A stretch of 64,000 bases of DNA, taken from Eledone cirrhosa (Eukaryota). Each line of letters opens with the position of its first letter. Position 1 is the stretch's first letter. The position numbers were made by a program, and so were the translations under genes. Below the pieces are notes generated by a model. The model worked only from the letters and a program-made list of their open reading frames with translations. It made no database searches and was not told the DNA's origin. Where the stretch lies: contig OZ024748.1 in assembly GCA_964016885.1 (NCBI GenBank), positions 49,042,001-49,106,000 on the forward strand, read 5' to 3'. This document shows, piece by piece, positions 33,234 through 45,202 of this stretch.

Positions 33234-33349
33234 ATAGGAACGAGTAGGACCCCGACGGCTGAGCTCAAGCCATTTCGACGGCTAATTCCGTCCAGAATTA
33301 GCCGTCGAAATGGCTTGAGCTCAGCCGTCGGGGTCCTACTCGTTCCTAT
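33234..33349. repeat. Perfect hairpin: 55-bp arms, 6-nt loop
   Basis: arms are exact reverse complements; right arm homologous to 33009-33060. Confidence 0.93.
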
Positions 33350-33694
33350 TACCCACTCTACTACCCTAAGTATTGAGTACTTTGGTGCGTTATGGTCCAC
33401 CTGGTTCCTTATCACATTTCCTTCGTTATATATATATATATATACAGTATTTTCCGTAGTGTTGTAATATAAATATTACACACAGTAGATGGACAGCTCA
33501 CGTAGAGTTTGCTCGACGGTTCCAGTTGTAATTCCAAAAGTAATCCGGAGAAAAATAGAAGGATTTAAATGGATACAGTTTGGTTAAAAGGAATTTATTG
33601 ACACGTGTTTCAATAACAGTTACATAACCTGAAAACAGCTGCTATCTACAAAGTATCAATAAATTCCTTTTAACCAAACTGTATCCATTTAAAT

Positions 33695-33744
<50 letters not shown>

Positions 33745-33861
33745 TATGTATGTATTACCATTTCTTATTACAAAGAAAACAACTCTGACAAGATAATCAA
33801 AACTGGATTTGGTAGAGTGCAATTGATCAAGAACAAAATTTCAGCTTTATTTCTTACTTAC

Positions 33862-34050
33862 TTCATCTGAGTAAACCTCTTCTAGAAAACTGGAACTGTC
33901 TTTTATTGTTAAGCTCTTGGAATCAGCAAAATTGTCCAGCAGTTTTAAATCAGGTACGCTGCCAAAAAATGTCAGTGTTGACGATGATTCTGTGACATCA
34001 AGGTTCAGTGAACAGCGACGATCACCCAAAGAAAAATAATCATCCTTTTG
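33862..34050 (-). CDS. fry: furry exon: QKDDYFSLGDRRCSLNLDVTESSST...EEVYSDE
   Basis: ctccag/gtaagt, 189 nt phase 0/0; resembles FRY 'D.F.WG.RRRSL'. Confidence 0.8.
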
Positions 34051-34739
34051 CTGGAGGAAGGAAAAATAGAAATATAATTATGATAATAACAAAAATAATT
34101 GTTTCTACTTTTGGCACAAGGCCAGCAATTATCCCAGTGCATTACTGGTACTTTATTTTATCGACCCCGTAAGGATGAAAGGCAAAGTCAACCTCGGCGG
34201 GATTTGAACTCAGAATGGCAAGGGCTGTAATAACAATAATAATGGTTTCTGATATAGGCACAAAGCCAGCAATTTTCAGGGGGAGGGGGCAAGTTGATTC
34301 AATCGAGCCCAGTACATTACTGGTGCTTTGTTTTATTGACTCCGTAAGGATGAAAGGCAAAGCTAACTTTGGTGACATTTGAACTCAGTATGTAGGACTG
34401 TAACTCTATGCCATGAAGCAGGGTGTCTGACACTCTACCGGTTCTGCTAATACACCAGCCTTACTAATAATAATATAGATCAACAAATATGATTTTAATA
34501 GCGTAGAAGACCTCCCAAACAAAGAGTTAGGAGCACCCATCAGCTGTATCAAAGACATAACAACCTCACTAGTGCTGGTGTCAGTATAAAATGCACTCAG
34601 TAGAATGTGGGGTCATATATAAACATTTCTAAGATGACTACCAATCTATAGTGTTTATAATTCTAACTGAGAACATATTGTTTCAAATACAGAAGACAAA
34701 CAAACCACCCATCCACCCAGCCATCATCTCTGCATTCTC

Positions 34740-36270
34740 CAACAATCAACATCAACACAATGAAAGGTTGGTCCAGAGAAATTTTAGAAATGCTTGAATA
34801 GAAATGTAGGGATATATTCAGTGTGCAAGAGGGAAAACAGAGAGATACTTCAGCTAAACTCTCTCTGAGCAAGGAACATAGGTACAAGTTCTGAGTAGGT
34901 ACAAATGATGGCATAGCTGTGGTAGGCATACTATTGGACGAGAAATGGGTAAATAAGGTAACTGAGGGAATCAGAGTTTGTAATAAGTTAAATTTAGACT
35001 AGTCATGGATAATACAACAGTTGCTATGATGTTTTTCTGTATATGAACCACAAGCTAGGTTTACTGATGAATAGAACGACAACTTTTATGAGGGTCTCCT
35101 TCAACTACTGCAATGACAAATGACACTAATTGAGAGGTAACTTTAATGGACATGTGGAGTGACAGTAGGAAGGATTCCATGGTGTGTATAGAGACTATGG
35201 GCTTGGACTTGGGGTGATAAATGAAAAGGGATAAAAGATCCTGGAGTTCAGTGATGAAAATGACTTGACAATCTGTAACAGAAATTCCAGGGTATCAGCT
35301 GGCCACTTGATCAGCTACTATTCAGGCAAACACATAAGCCAGATTGACTTTATTCTCACTAGAAAATATGGTAGAAAAATTGTCATAAATATGAACATTT
35401 TTCCTGGAGAAGAAAGCACCAACCAATATAGGTTAGTGATTTGTGATGCATATAGAAACCTAAGATGATCTGGAGAAGAAGGATATGGAAGCTTAAATAC
35501 CCTTCATATAGACAAAGGTTTAGAGACATACTGGAGGAAGCACCTGACAAAGATGATGAGGAGTTAGAAACATAACTCCTCTGAGACAACATACTAAGGC
35601 CACAGAGGAGATCTGTGGATGGGGTAAGGTACCAGCTAGATGGATGGTAAAGAGGTGGTGAAACAGTATTGTAGATAGAGCCATATGAAAGCCAAGAGAC
35701 AAGCTTAGAAAGCCTGTAGCAGGGAACAATTCAATGTAGCTAGAAGAGAGATCAAGCATCAGGTTTATTTAGCAAGAAGAGAGGCAGAAAGTAAGAGCTT
35801 TGCTAATATTCTGCAGTTTAAAGATCAGAAGTGTGAAGTGCTTTGAATAGCAAGAGAGAATACCAGAGAGGAGCCAAGACACTGTGGCAGAGGAGCCATC
35901 AAAATTCACAACAGTATGGTAGTTAAGGCAATTGATTAAGGAAATGAAGGTAGAAAAGGCAGCTGGCCGTCTGAGTATTGTTGCTGAGGTGTTTAAACTA
36001 TCTGGTGGAGCAGGACACAGATTAGTCACTTGTATTGTAAACCAGGTAGTGTAGGAAGGTGTTATACCAAATGACTGGCATAGTATCATTGTGAACTGAT
36101 ACAAACATAAAGAAGTGTATGAGAGAAAGGCAGTTACAGAGGGACTAAATTGTTAGATCAGATTATAGAGACTACAAAAAAATTGATAGGAATATTGATT
36201 AGGGATAGAATTAATCTTGATGAGATGTATTTTGGCTTTATGCTGGGAAGAATTATTGATGCCATCTGTG
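34740..36270 (+). mobile_element. Decayed RTE copy related to the intact element
   Basis: remnants such as LISYYSGKHISQIDFILTRK, ICGWG..RWW, IPNDWHSIIVN colinear with the 1056-aa ORF; many stops. Confidence 0.85.
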
Positions 36271-36280
36271 AGAACACATA

Positions 36281-36503
36281 CTGTTTTAAGCTGTGACCAT
36301 GTCACAGCTATCTCAGTAACCAGGTGAGAACACTGACTGTTTTAAGCTGTGACTATATCATGATTATCTCAGTAGCCAGGTGAGAATACCGACTGTTTTA
36401 AGCTGTGACTATATCACAGCTACCTCAGTAACTAGGTGAGAACACCGACTGTTTTAAGCTGTGACTATATCATGATTATCTCAGTAGCCAGGTGAGAACA
36501 CCA
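36281..36503. repeat. 56-bp tandem repeat, 4 copies
   Basis: ctgttttaagctgtgactatatca...caggtgagaacaccga. Confidence 0.85.
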
Positions 36504-36745
36504 GACACTAGTGTTTCAGGATTTTTTTTAATTCATCATCAGTGATGTTTACTGAGAGTGGAATAAGCTTTAGCTTATATACTTTTTATGTATAAAACAT
36601 CTGCTGGGGAGGTTCATTTGTATATTGTGGGTGTTTGACATGGCTGGGATTAATTAGAAGTGGCACAGAGCGGGGTAAATACTTACTATTTTATAACAAT
36701 AACAGATAAAGAAACACAACAACGAAACTTTGCTTGTAGGGAAAC

Positions 36746-37182
36746 ATGGGTGGTGATGGTGGTGGTGGTAGTGATGATGTTGGTGATGATGGTGATGGTG
36801 ATGGTGGTGGTGATGGTGGTGGTGATGGTGGTGGTGATGGTGGTGGTGATGGTGGTGGTGATGGTGGTGGTGATGGTGGTCGTGATGGTGGTGATGGTGG
36901 TGTTTATGATGGTGGTGGTGATGGTGATGATGGTGGTGGTGATGGTGGTGGTGGTGATGATGATAGTGGCAGTGGTGGTGGTGGTGGTAATGGTGCTGAA
37001 GGTGAGGGTGATAATGGTGATGATGGTGTTGATGGTGGTGGTAATGATGGTGGTGATGGTGCTGTTGATAGTGGTGTTGATGGTGGTGGTAATGATGGTG
37101 GTGGTGGTGCTGTTGATAGTGGTGTTGATGGTGGTGTTTATGGTGATGATGGTGATGACAGTGGTGATGGTGATGATGATGT
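36746..37182. repeat. (GGT/GAT)n trinucleotide tract
   Basis: direct inspection. Confidence 0.9.
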
Positions 37183-37411
37183 GTAATTATCATTGCATTA
37201 CTCTACCAACAAGATCAGAAGAAATCCACTTTTTGTTGGTATTTTGGACACAAATTATAAATAATTATTGTTGTTATAGCAACAAAAAAAGACATTTTGA
37301 ATGTCTTAATGGTTCTTCAGTCATAATTATTACAACTACTTTTTACCAGATATCAAGCAGTTAAGAATACATTAACCTATGTGATCTATTTTAAGACAGT
37401 GAGTAGTGATT

Positions 37412-37822
37412 TGAGAGAGATTTGACTGCTGTTTCTAGCAGGTCTAGTGATGACAGTATATATTGAGGGAGATGTGACTGCTGTTTCTAGCAGGTCTAGT
37501 GATGACAGCATATATTGAGGGAGATGTGACTGTTATTTCTAGCAGGTCTAGTGATGACAGCATATATTGAGGGAGATGTGACTGCTATTTCTAGCAGGTC
37601 TAGTGATGACAGCATATATTGAGGGAGATGTGACTGCTATTTCTAGCAGGTCTAGTGATGACAGTATATATTGAGGGAGATGTGACTGCCATTTCTAGCA
37701 GGTCTAGTGATGACAGTATATATTGAGGGAGATGTGACTGCTATTTCTAGCAGGTCTAGTGATGACAGTATATATTGAGGGAGATGTGACTGCTGTTTCT
37801 AACAGGTCTAGTGATGTCAGTG
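37412..37822. repeat. 52-bp minisatellite, about 8 copies
   Basis: gagggagatgtgactgctatttctagcaggtctagtgatgacagtatatatt. Confidence 0.9.
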
Positions 37823-37853
37823 TAGATGCTCTATTATTTATGAATGAAATAGT

Positions 37854-38082
37854 TTAACCCTTTAGCATTCAAACTGGCCGTATCTGGCCAGAATTCCTTC
37901 ACCTCTTTCTGTTCAAACCAGCTGTAACTGGCTGCTCATACTGATGTTAAGGTATTGTTCTCAAAATAAATAATATCAAAATCTCAGAGATTTGATATTA
38001 TGTGAAATAATTATGTGAGGTAAAACCGTTACCATGAAAATATAATAGTATATATAGAGTAATGTAAATGGTAAAGGGTTAA
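37854..38082. mobile_element. piggyBac-type MITE
   Basis: TTAACCCTTTAGCATT ... AATGGTAAAGGGTTAA TIRs with TTAA duplication. Confidence 0.8.
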
Positions 38083-38194
38083 GGGTTATTTTACAGAAAG
38101 AATGCTAAAAAGTGAAACCAGGAAAGAAACAAAGAATTAGGTGTTAAAAAATTGTAGACAGAGGCAGATTATATACACACACACACACACAATG

Positions 38195-38244
<50 letters not shown>

Positions 38245-39614
38245 TGTTTGTCACAGCAATTGTGGGTGATTTTAACTGACATTTTATAAATAGATCTGTC
38301 TCACCTTATCAATGTAGTAACTAGCATAACCCTGAAAACCAGACACAAACCATGTTCATAAACACTTATAAAGAAGTTCCTTTTGATGAAAATCTCATTC
38401 ACAGTTTGTTTAATAAGAAAACAATGAAAGTATTTTGGTCAAAATTCAATGATATTTACAAAAACAAAACAAAAAGTAAAAATTAAAAAAAAACATTAAA
38501 AGCAGGGCTGGATTTATTGGGGAGGATGGAGGCAGATTGGGCGAATGCCATGGGCACTCCTTGTCAAACAGAGCCCCCTTTAGGAACGGCCCTGGGTCTG
38601 CCCAAACCCGAATTGCCCTGGGCCCCTCAAACCTGAACTACCTAGGTCTAAAAATGTTCCCGATTAAAAGGAGGGAGAGAGTGATAGCAAAAATGAAATA
38701 GGTTGCATGATATGAATCTAAAACTCACAAAAGATTAAACTATCTGCAAACAGTAGAGAATTTCCCAAAGTCCCCTCCAAGGCCTCCATACTCCTGTTGG
38801 AGGAATCCCTCTGTGATTGATCTCAACTACTTTCTGTTAAGGTTGTAGCTGAACTCACCAAGCTTGGCCAATTGTGGGTTGGTGAGACTATTTTATGGTC
38901 AATGCTCATTGAGTGGATGGCTGTTGTTGTCTGAAGAGATCATCCATCCTTTTAATTAGTTGTTTAGTAAAAATGAGAAATCTGTACATCTCCCTATACG
39001 TTTCTGGTGGGTTGGTGGGTGATGTGACAGACTATGCTGAATATTACAACATAATAATAATTGTTTCTACTTTGGCACAAGGCCAGCAAAAACCCAGTGC
39101 ATTACTGGTACTTTATTTTATCGACCCCGTAAGGATGAAAGGCAAAGTTAACCTCGGCGGGATTTGAACTCAGATCATAAAGGGAGGTAACTCTATGCTG
39201 CAAAGCATGGCGTCCGATCCTCTACTGATACTGCCAATCCACCATAAAAATGATAATTTCTACTGTAGACATAAAGTCCAAAACTTTGGGGGTAAGGCAC
39301 AAATGATTATAACTCACCTCCCAAAACCCCAGTACTTGACTGGTACTTATTAATTTGTCTTAGAAGGATTAAAGACAAAGTTGATGTTGGAAAGTCAGAA
39401 ATATAAAGGACCCTAACCAAATATTGACCCAAGAAGCCAGTGGCACAAATTTCAGGGGGAAGATTAACAATATCACTCTAAGGGACATCATGCAATGAAT
39501 CCCAGTTAGCTTGATGGTAATGAAATGAAGTCTTGTGAATTGGAGGCTCATGATTAATGGAAGAGTTGAGGGAAATATCAACAGATACCACAACATGATT
39601 GGAATTGCTAACAA

Positions 39615-40015
39615 GATTGAGTTGTGATGTTTGACAAGAGCCATGTCCTGCCATGTCCTGCGTCTCCAAGAGACCAGTGTCTGTTCTTAGGGTGTCAACC
39701 TATGTTAACCTCGGTCTTCCTCTTCCAGTGTGTCCATGCAGGGGCTCCTACAGGAGCACTGAGTGCAGTGTCAACTTTGTATGTCGGTGAGCATGTCCAG
39801 TTAACCTCAGTCTCCTCTGTGCTACTCTTGAGCTGACTTTTGGGAGGCTCCCGTACAGCTCTGAGTTCTTCATCCTCTTCGTTGCTGTAGTGGAGTCTGT
39901 GTTGCTGTACGGGTCTGAGACCTGGACACTGACCAAGAAACTCACTCAGATGGTGGATGGGTGCTACACGAGAATACTGAGGATGGCTCTGAACATTAAT
40001 CAGTATACACTGAGG

Positions 40016-40016
<1 letters not shown>
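39615..40016. mobile_element. RTE-type 3' fragment with inverted 5' segment
   Basis: 39615-39877 encodes the C-terminus on minus (NSELYG..RRLRLTGH..GRGRPR); 39877-40016 encodes the preceding segment on plus (ESVLLYGSETW..DGCYTRILRMALN). Confidence 0.8.
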
Positions 40017-40050
<34 letters not shown>

Positions 40051-40183
40051 TATAAAAAGGCACTTTGTGTGGCGCTCTACCAATTCTGACATATATGTAG
40101 CAACATCATAAAAAAGTAAGAAAAAAAAAAGTAATTTCAAATATTTCATTAAAGTATATATAAATATAGAAATCTTTCCCTAC

Positions 40184-40275
40184 CTCAACTTCTTCAAGTT
40201 CATTATCAAGGAAATCAAATCCTTTAAAGGTTAACATCAACTCTTTACCGTTAGGGTCACCGAGGAATATGTCAT
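40184..40275 (-). CDS. fry: furry exon: DIFLGDPNGKELMLTFKGFDFLDNELEEVE
   Basis: ttttag/gtaggg, 92 nt phase 1/0; FRY 'FK.FDFLD.ELE..E' motif. Confidence 0.9.
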
Positions 40276-40687
40276 CTAAAATGTAGAAAATGTAAAAAAT
40301 TAGTAAAGATACTCATGACTATTTAATGTCTATTTTCTGTTTCCTTGGGTTAGACAGGTTGTCATGTGTTGAGGCCTGTCTGGTCAGGTAATTAGCTCCT
40401 GTTTATGTTTTGTTTTGGCTTGGTTTCTATGGTTAGATGTTCTTCCAAACACCAACTATATTACAGCAGGTACTGGTGGGCATGGTTTCTATGGCTGGAT
40501 GCCCTTCCTAATACAAACCCCTTTATAGCAGGTACTAGGAACATGGTTTCTACAGTTGTCTGTCTTTCCTAATACCAACCACATTACAGCAGGTTCAGGG
40601 AGTATTTTATTGGGACTCTGGCACTACCACTTGACAGAGTGGGTTGGATGCATTTTATCATGGCACCAACACTGATTACACTAGGGT

Positions 40688-40729
<42 letters not shown>

Positions 40730-40891
40730 CACACACACACACAGTCCGAGTTCTGTCCAAGCTATATAAAAAATAATTGAAAGAAAAAGAAAAGGTGTAT
40801 AAAACCCACACATTCAATGACACACCACAAGGGGCACTGGAATTTAATTAAATTTCAAAATTTTTCATAAAAAGGTATTGTGACTACTTAC

Positions 40892-40979
40892 TTGAAGAAT
40901 TCACAGATACTGTAGAGTTGTCTTGACTTGATGCCAAACTGTTTTGTTGTGGAATATCACTTGACTGACTAAATATCAC
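40892..40979 (-). CDS. fry: furry exon: VIFSQSSDIPQQNSLASSQDNSTVSVNSS
   Basis: actcag/gtaagt, 88 nt phase 0/1; continues FRY 'SVIFS'. Confidence 0.82.
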
Positions 40980-41400
40980 CTGAGTGGAAAATATCATAAA
41001 CAACATCAATAATAATAATGAGTTTTAATTTAGGTATGAGATAAATAATTTGTGGGTAAGGAAAAGTTGGTTACACAGACCCCAGTACATCACGGGTACT
41101 TTATTTTATTGAAAGATGAACGAAATTGTCCTTGGCAGGATGTAAACTCACCAATATTAATAATGGTTTCTGATTTAGACACAGGGCCAACAATTTTTGG
41201 GGAGGAGAAAGTTGATTAAATCGACCCAAGTGCAGTACTGGTACTTTATTTTATTGACCCTTTAAGAACGAAAGGCAAAGCTAACCTTGGAAGGATTTGA
41301 TATCAGAATGTAAAGGGCCATAATTAAATGTTGTAAAGCATTTTCATTGATGCCCTACCGAATCTGCCAATCCACTGCCCTTAGACACAAAGCCAACAAT

Positions 41401-41611
41401 TTAACCCTTTAATGTTCAAACCGGCCAAAATTCTCTACCTCCTGTTGAAACTGGCTGAAACTGGTCACTCAAACTGATGTTAAGGTATTGTTCTCAAAAT
41501 AAATACTTTCAAAATCTCATAGATTTGATATTATGTGAGATATATGAAGTAAAGTCTTTACCATGAAAATATAATAGTAAATATAGAGTAATGTGAATGG
41601 TAAAGGGTTAA
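41401..41611. mobile_element. piggyBac-type MITE nested in a SINE
   Basis: same TIRs and TTAA; interrupts SINE-like sequence. Confidence 0.75.
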
Positions 41612-42052
41612 GGGAAGGGAAAGTTGATCATATCGACCCCAGTAGTTTATTTCATTTTATGAACATTGGCAGAATACAAGGAAAAGTTCACCTAAGCAAG
41701 ATTTGAACAAAGAGCTGGAATAAATACTTTGAAGCATTTGTCCACTCCTCTAACATCTTTGCAAAAGTTCAGCCTCTAACATAAGAATCGCCCCCAGTAT
41801 TGAACTGGTACATTTTTAAAATTGTCCTTGACAAGATGAAAGGCAAAGTTGAACTCAGAGATCCAGAATAAATACCACAAAGCATTCTATCTGTCGCTCT
41901 GCAGACTCTGCCAATTTACAACCCCATGGTATGAATTAAAAACAAACAAAAACTACAAAAGAAGCAGAACATAAACAATAAAATATAAGAAACAAATAAT
42001 CAAAGAAGGAAGTTAAAGGAAATGTCTTATTAATATCAGAATAAATACTCAC

Positions 42053-42127
42053 AGACATGCTTTTCAAGAGACCAACTCTTTGACCAAAGCTGATTAACAG
42101 GTTAATTAGATGTTCACGGGTTTTGGC
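42053..42127 (-). CDS. fry: furry exon: AKTREHLINLLISFGQRVGLLKSMS
   Basis: ccacag/gtgagt, 75 nt phase 0/0; FRY 'TRE.L...L...GQ.VGL.K.PS'. Confidence 0.88.
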
Positions 42128-42500
42128 CTGTGGAAATGAGAGAGCGGAAGAAGGTTATTGTAAATGTTCCAACTGTGGAAATGAGAGAGGGGAAATTAGT
42201 GTCAATATTCCAGCTGTGGAAATGTGAGAATGGAAATTATTGACAATATCCCAGCTGTGGAAATGTGAGAGTGGAAATTATTGACAATATTCCAGCTGTG
42301 GAAATGTGAGAGTGGAAATTATTGACAATGTTCCAGCTGTGGAAATGTGAGAGTGGAAATTATTGTAAATGTTCCAACTGTGGAAATGTGAGAGTGGAAA
42401 TTATTGTAAATTATTCCAACAGCAGAAATGTGAGAGTGGGAGGAAATTATTGTCAATATTCCAACTATGTAAATGTGAGTGAGTGGAAATTATTGTCAAT
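42128..42500. repeat. About 41-bp degenerate tandem repeat starting at an exon acceptor
   Basis: ctgtggaaatgtgagagtggaaattattgacaatattccag, about 9 copies. Confidence 0.85.
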
Positions 42501-42890
42501 GCTTAAAATGGAAAAACAGATTTACTTGTATCTTCCTTAGTTACACAAACACACACAAGAACAACAACAATAGTAGAAGTCACATTAACAGTAATAACCA
42601 CAATAACAGGAGTCAAAATAACAACAACAACAAAAGTAACAAGAACAATATGTTACTCTGAGTAATAAGAATAGTCATTGAGGAAGTCACAGGATGTGTG
42701 ATGAAAGAGCTTTAACAATTAACATTGACAACAAGTAACTGAAGATGCACAGGTGTGTGTGACAAAAGACTTTTGACAATTAAACAACCATCCGATTACT
42801 AAACAAACAATGAAAATCAATAATTAATGCCAGACTGATCAATAGGTGCAATAGAGAGGGATAGATGGAGGTGTGGTGTTGTGTATTTAC

Positions 42891-43072
42891 CCTAGAGAGG
42901 TGTGGTGTCTTCCAAGAGGATTGCCACTGGATATTTGTAGACTGTTTACGAGTGATGGCCAGTAGACTGACCATCTTGTCTTCATCACTGTGATGGATAA
43001 GGTCAGCATTCATGTATTTCTGACCAATCAAAGGCATTCTAGAAAGATCAACACTGACATCTAGTGTCCGAC
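42891..43072 (-). CDS. fry: furry exon: RTLDVSVDLSRMPLIGQKY...SSWKTPHLSR
   Basis: ttgcag/gtaaat, 182 nt phase 1/0; FRY 'TLD...D.S..P.IG' and 'W..P..S'. Confidence 0.88.
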
Positions 43073-43203
43073 CTGCAATACATCAGAGGAAGGTGTTAAT
43101 CATAACAAAAATATTAATAGTAGCAGTAATAGTAGTAGTTAGTAATAGTAATAATGGTATAAAAATATTAAATTAATTTTACAAATTATCGAGGCATATT
43201 GAG

Positions 43204-44571
43204 TTGTGAGACAATTCAGATCAGGTTTCCACTCTAACATGAGTTGTCCTGTTGTGAGACAATTCAGATCAGGTTTCCACTCTAACATGAGTTGTTCTGT
43301 TGTGAGACAATTCAGATCAGGTTTCCACTCTAACATGAGTTGTCCTGTTGTGAGACAATTCAGATCAGGTTTCCACTCTAACATGAGTTGTCCTGTTGTG
43401 AGACAATTCAGATCAGGTTTCCACTCTAACATAAGTTGTCCTGTTGTGAGACAATTCAGATCAGGTTTCCACTCTAACATGAGTTGTTCTGTTGTGAGAC
43501 AATTCAGATCAGGTTTCCACTCTAACATGAGTTGTCCTGTTGTGAGACAATTCAGATCAGGTTTCCACTCTAACATGAGTTGTCCTGTTGTGAGACAATT
43601 CAGATCAGGTTTCCACTCTAACATGAGTTGTCCTGTTGTGAGACAATTCAGATTAGGTTTCCACTCTAACATGAGTTGTCCTGTTGTGAGACAATTCAGA
43701 TCAGGTTTCCACTCTAACATGAGTTGTCCTGTTGTGAGACAATTCAGATTAGGTTTCCACTCTAACATGAGTTGTCCTGTTGTGAGACAAGTCTGATTAG
43801 GTTTCCACTCTAACATGAGTTGTCCTGTTGTGAGACAATTCAGATTAGGTTTCCACTCTAACATGAGTTGTCCTGTTGTGAGACAATTCAGATCAGGTTT
43901 CCACTCTAACATGAGTTGTCCTGTTGTGAGACAATTCAGATCAGGTTTCCACTCTAACATGAGTTGTCCTGTTGTGAGACAAGTCTGATTAGGTTTCCAC
44001 TCTAACATGAGTTGTCCTGTTGTGAGACAATTCAGATCAGGTTTCCACTCTAACATGAGTTGTCCTGTTGTGAGACAATTCAGATCAGGTTTCCACTCTA
44101 ACATGAGTTGTCCTGTTGTGAGACAATTCAGATCAGGTTTCCATTCTAACATAAGTTGTCCTGTTGTGAGACAATTCAGATCAGGTTTCCATTCTAACAT
44201 GAGTTGTCCTGTTGTGAGACAATTCAGATTAGGTTTCCACTCTAACATGAGTTGTCCTCTTGTGAGACAAGTCTGATTAGGTTTCCACTCTAACATAAGT
44301 TGTCCTGTTGTGAGACAATTCAGATCAGGTTTCCACTCTAACATGAGTTGTCCTGTTGTGAGACAATTCAGATCAGGTTTCCACTCTAACATGAGTTGTC
44401 CTGTTGTGAGACAATTCTGATCAGGTTTCCACTCTAACATGAGTTGTTCTGTTGTGAGACAATTCAGATCAGGTTTCCACTCTAACATGGGTTGTCCTGT
44501 TGTGAGACAATTCAGATCAGGTTTCCACTCTAACATGAGTTGTCCTGTTGTGAGACAAGTCTGATTAGGTA
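43204..44571. repeat. 48-bp minisatellite, about 28 copies
   Basis: gagttgtcctgttgtgagacaattcagatcaggtttccactctaacat. Confidence 0.95.
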
Positions 44572-45027
44572 ACTGTCTTGCTTAATCAATGGTATAACAA
44601 TGGTAACAAATTTTTTTTCCATTGTTTGAGGAAGAGGTAGTCAGTACTCATGTCATATTTTAGAGTTTCTGAGAATTGTGGCAAAGAAGGGAGAAGCTAT
44701 CCGCTACCTCATACCACCTGCAAAGGGCATACAAAAGTTATGAACACTACCCCACTTCTTGACTATAAAATATACCCACATCCATTCCACACATCCTGAC
44801 TATAAAATATACTTCCTAGAACTCCACATGACCTGCAAAGGCCGTACAGAAGTCAGGATCATTAACCCCACACACACACACCTTCTGACTATAAAATAAA
44901 CCCCCATCCACCACACATGCTCTGTTAAGGATGTACAAAAATCATCTCACCTCATGACTATAAAATACACACCACACACACCTCTGCAAAAAAGTGCCCC
45001 CCCCCCATGTAGAAGAAGTAGACAAAC

Positions 45028-45202
45028 CTGGAAGTTCTTTTTTAATATAAGCACCGGTATTTGGAAAAGAAGTGTGTGGTGAGAAATTACAGTGGTCTGA
45101 GGGGGTATTGCTAGCTGGGTGAGGTTGTGGAGCAGCTGCCAGTGTAGATGAACGGTTGACAGCCAGTTTCAGGATTTTCAAAGCTTCTTTCCAATAGGTA
45201 CC
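45028..45202 (-). CDS. fry: furry exon: GTYWKEALKILKLAVNRSSTL...KKELPG
   Basis: ctatag/gtttgt, 175 nt phase 0/1; FRY 'W.EAL.ILKL.V.RS..L' and 'KELPG'. Confidence 0.92.

Noticed and set aside
36654-37364. Poly-His / Gly-Asp ORFs
   Set aside because: Trinucleotide microsatellite
43139-44536. 465-aa repeat ORF (MLEWKPDLNCLTTGQL)n on the furry strand
   Set aside because: The 48-bp unit is divisible by 3 and stop-free by chance; the flanking furry exons join in phase without it
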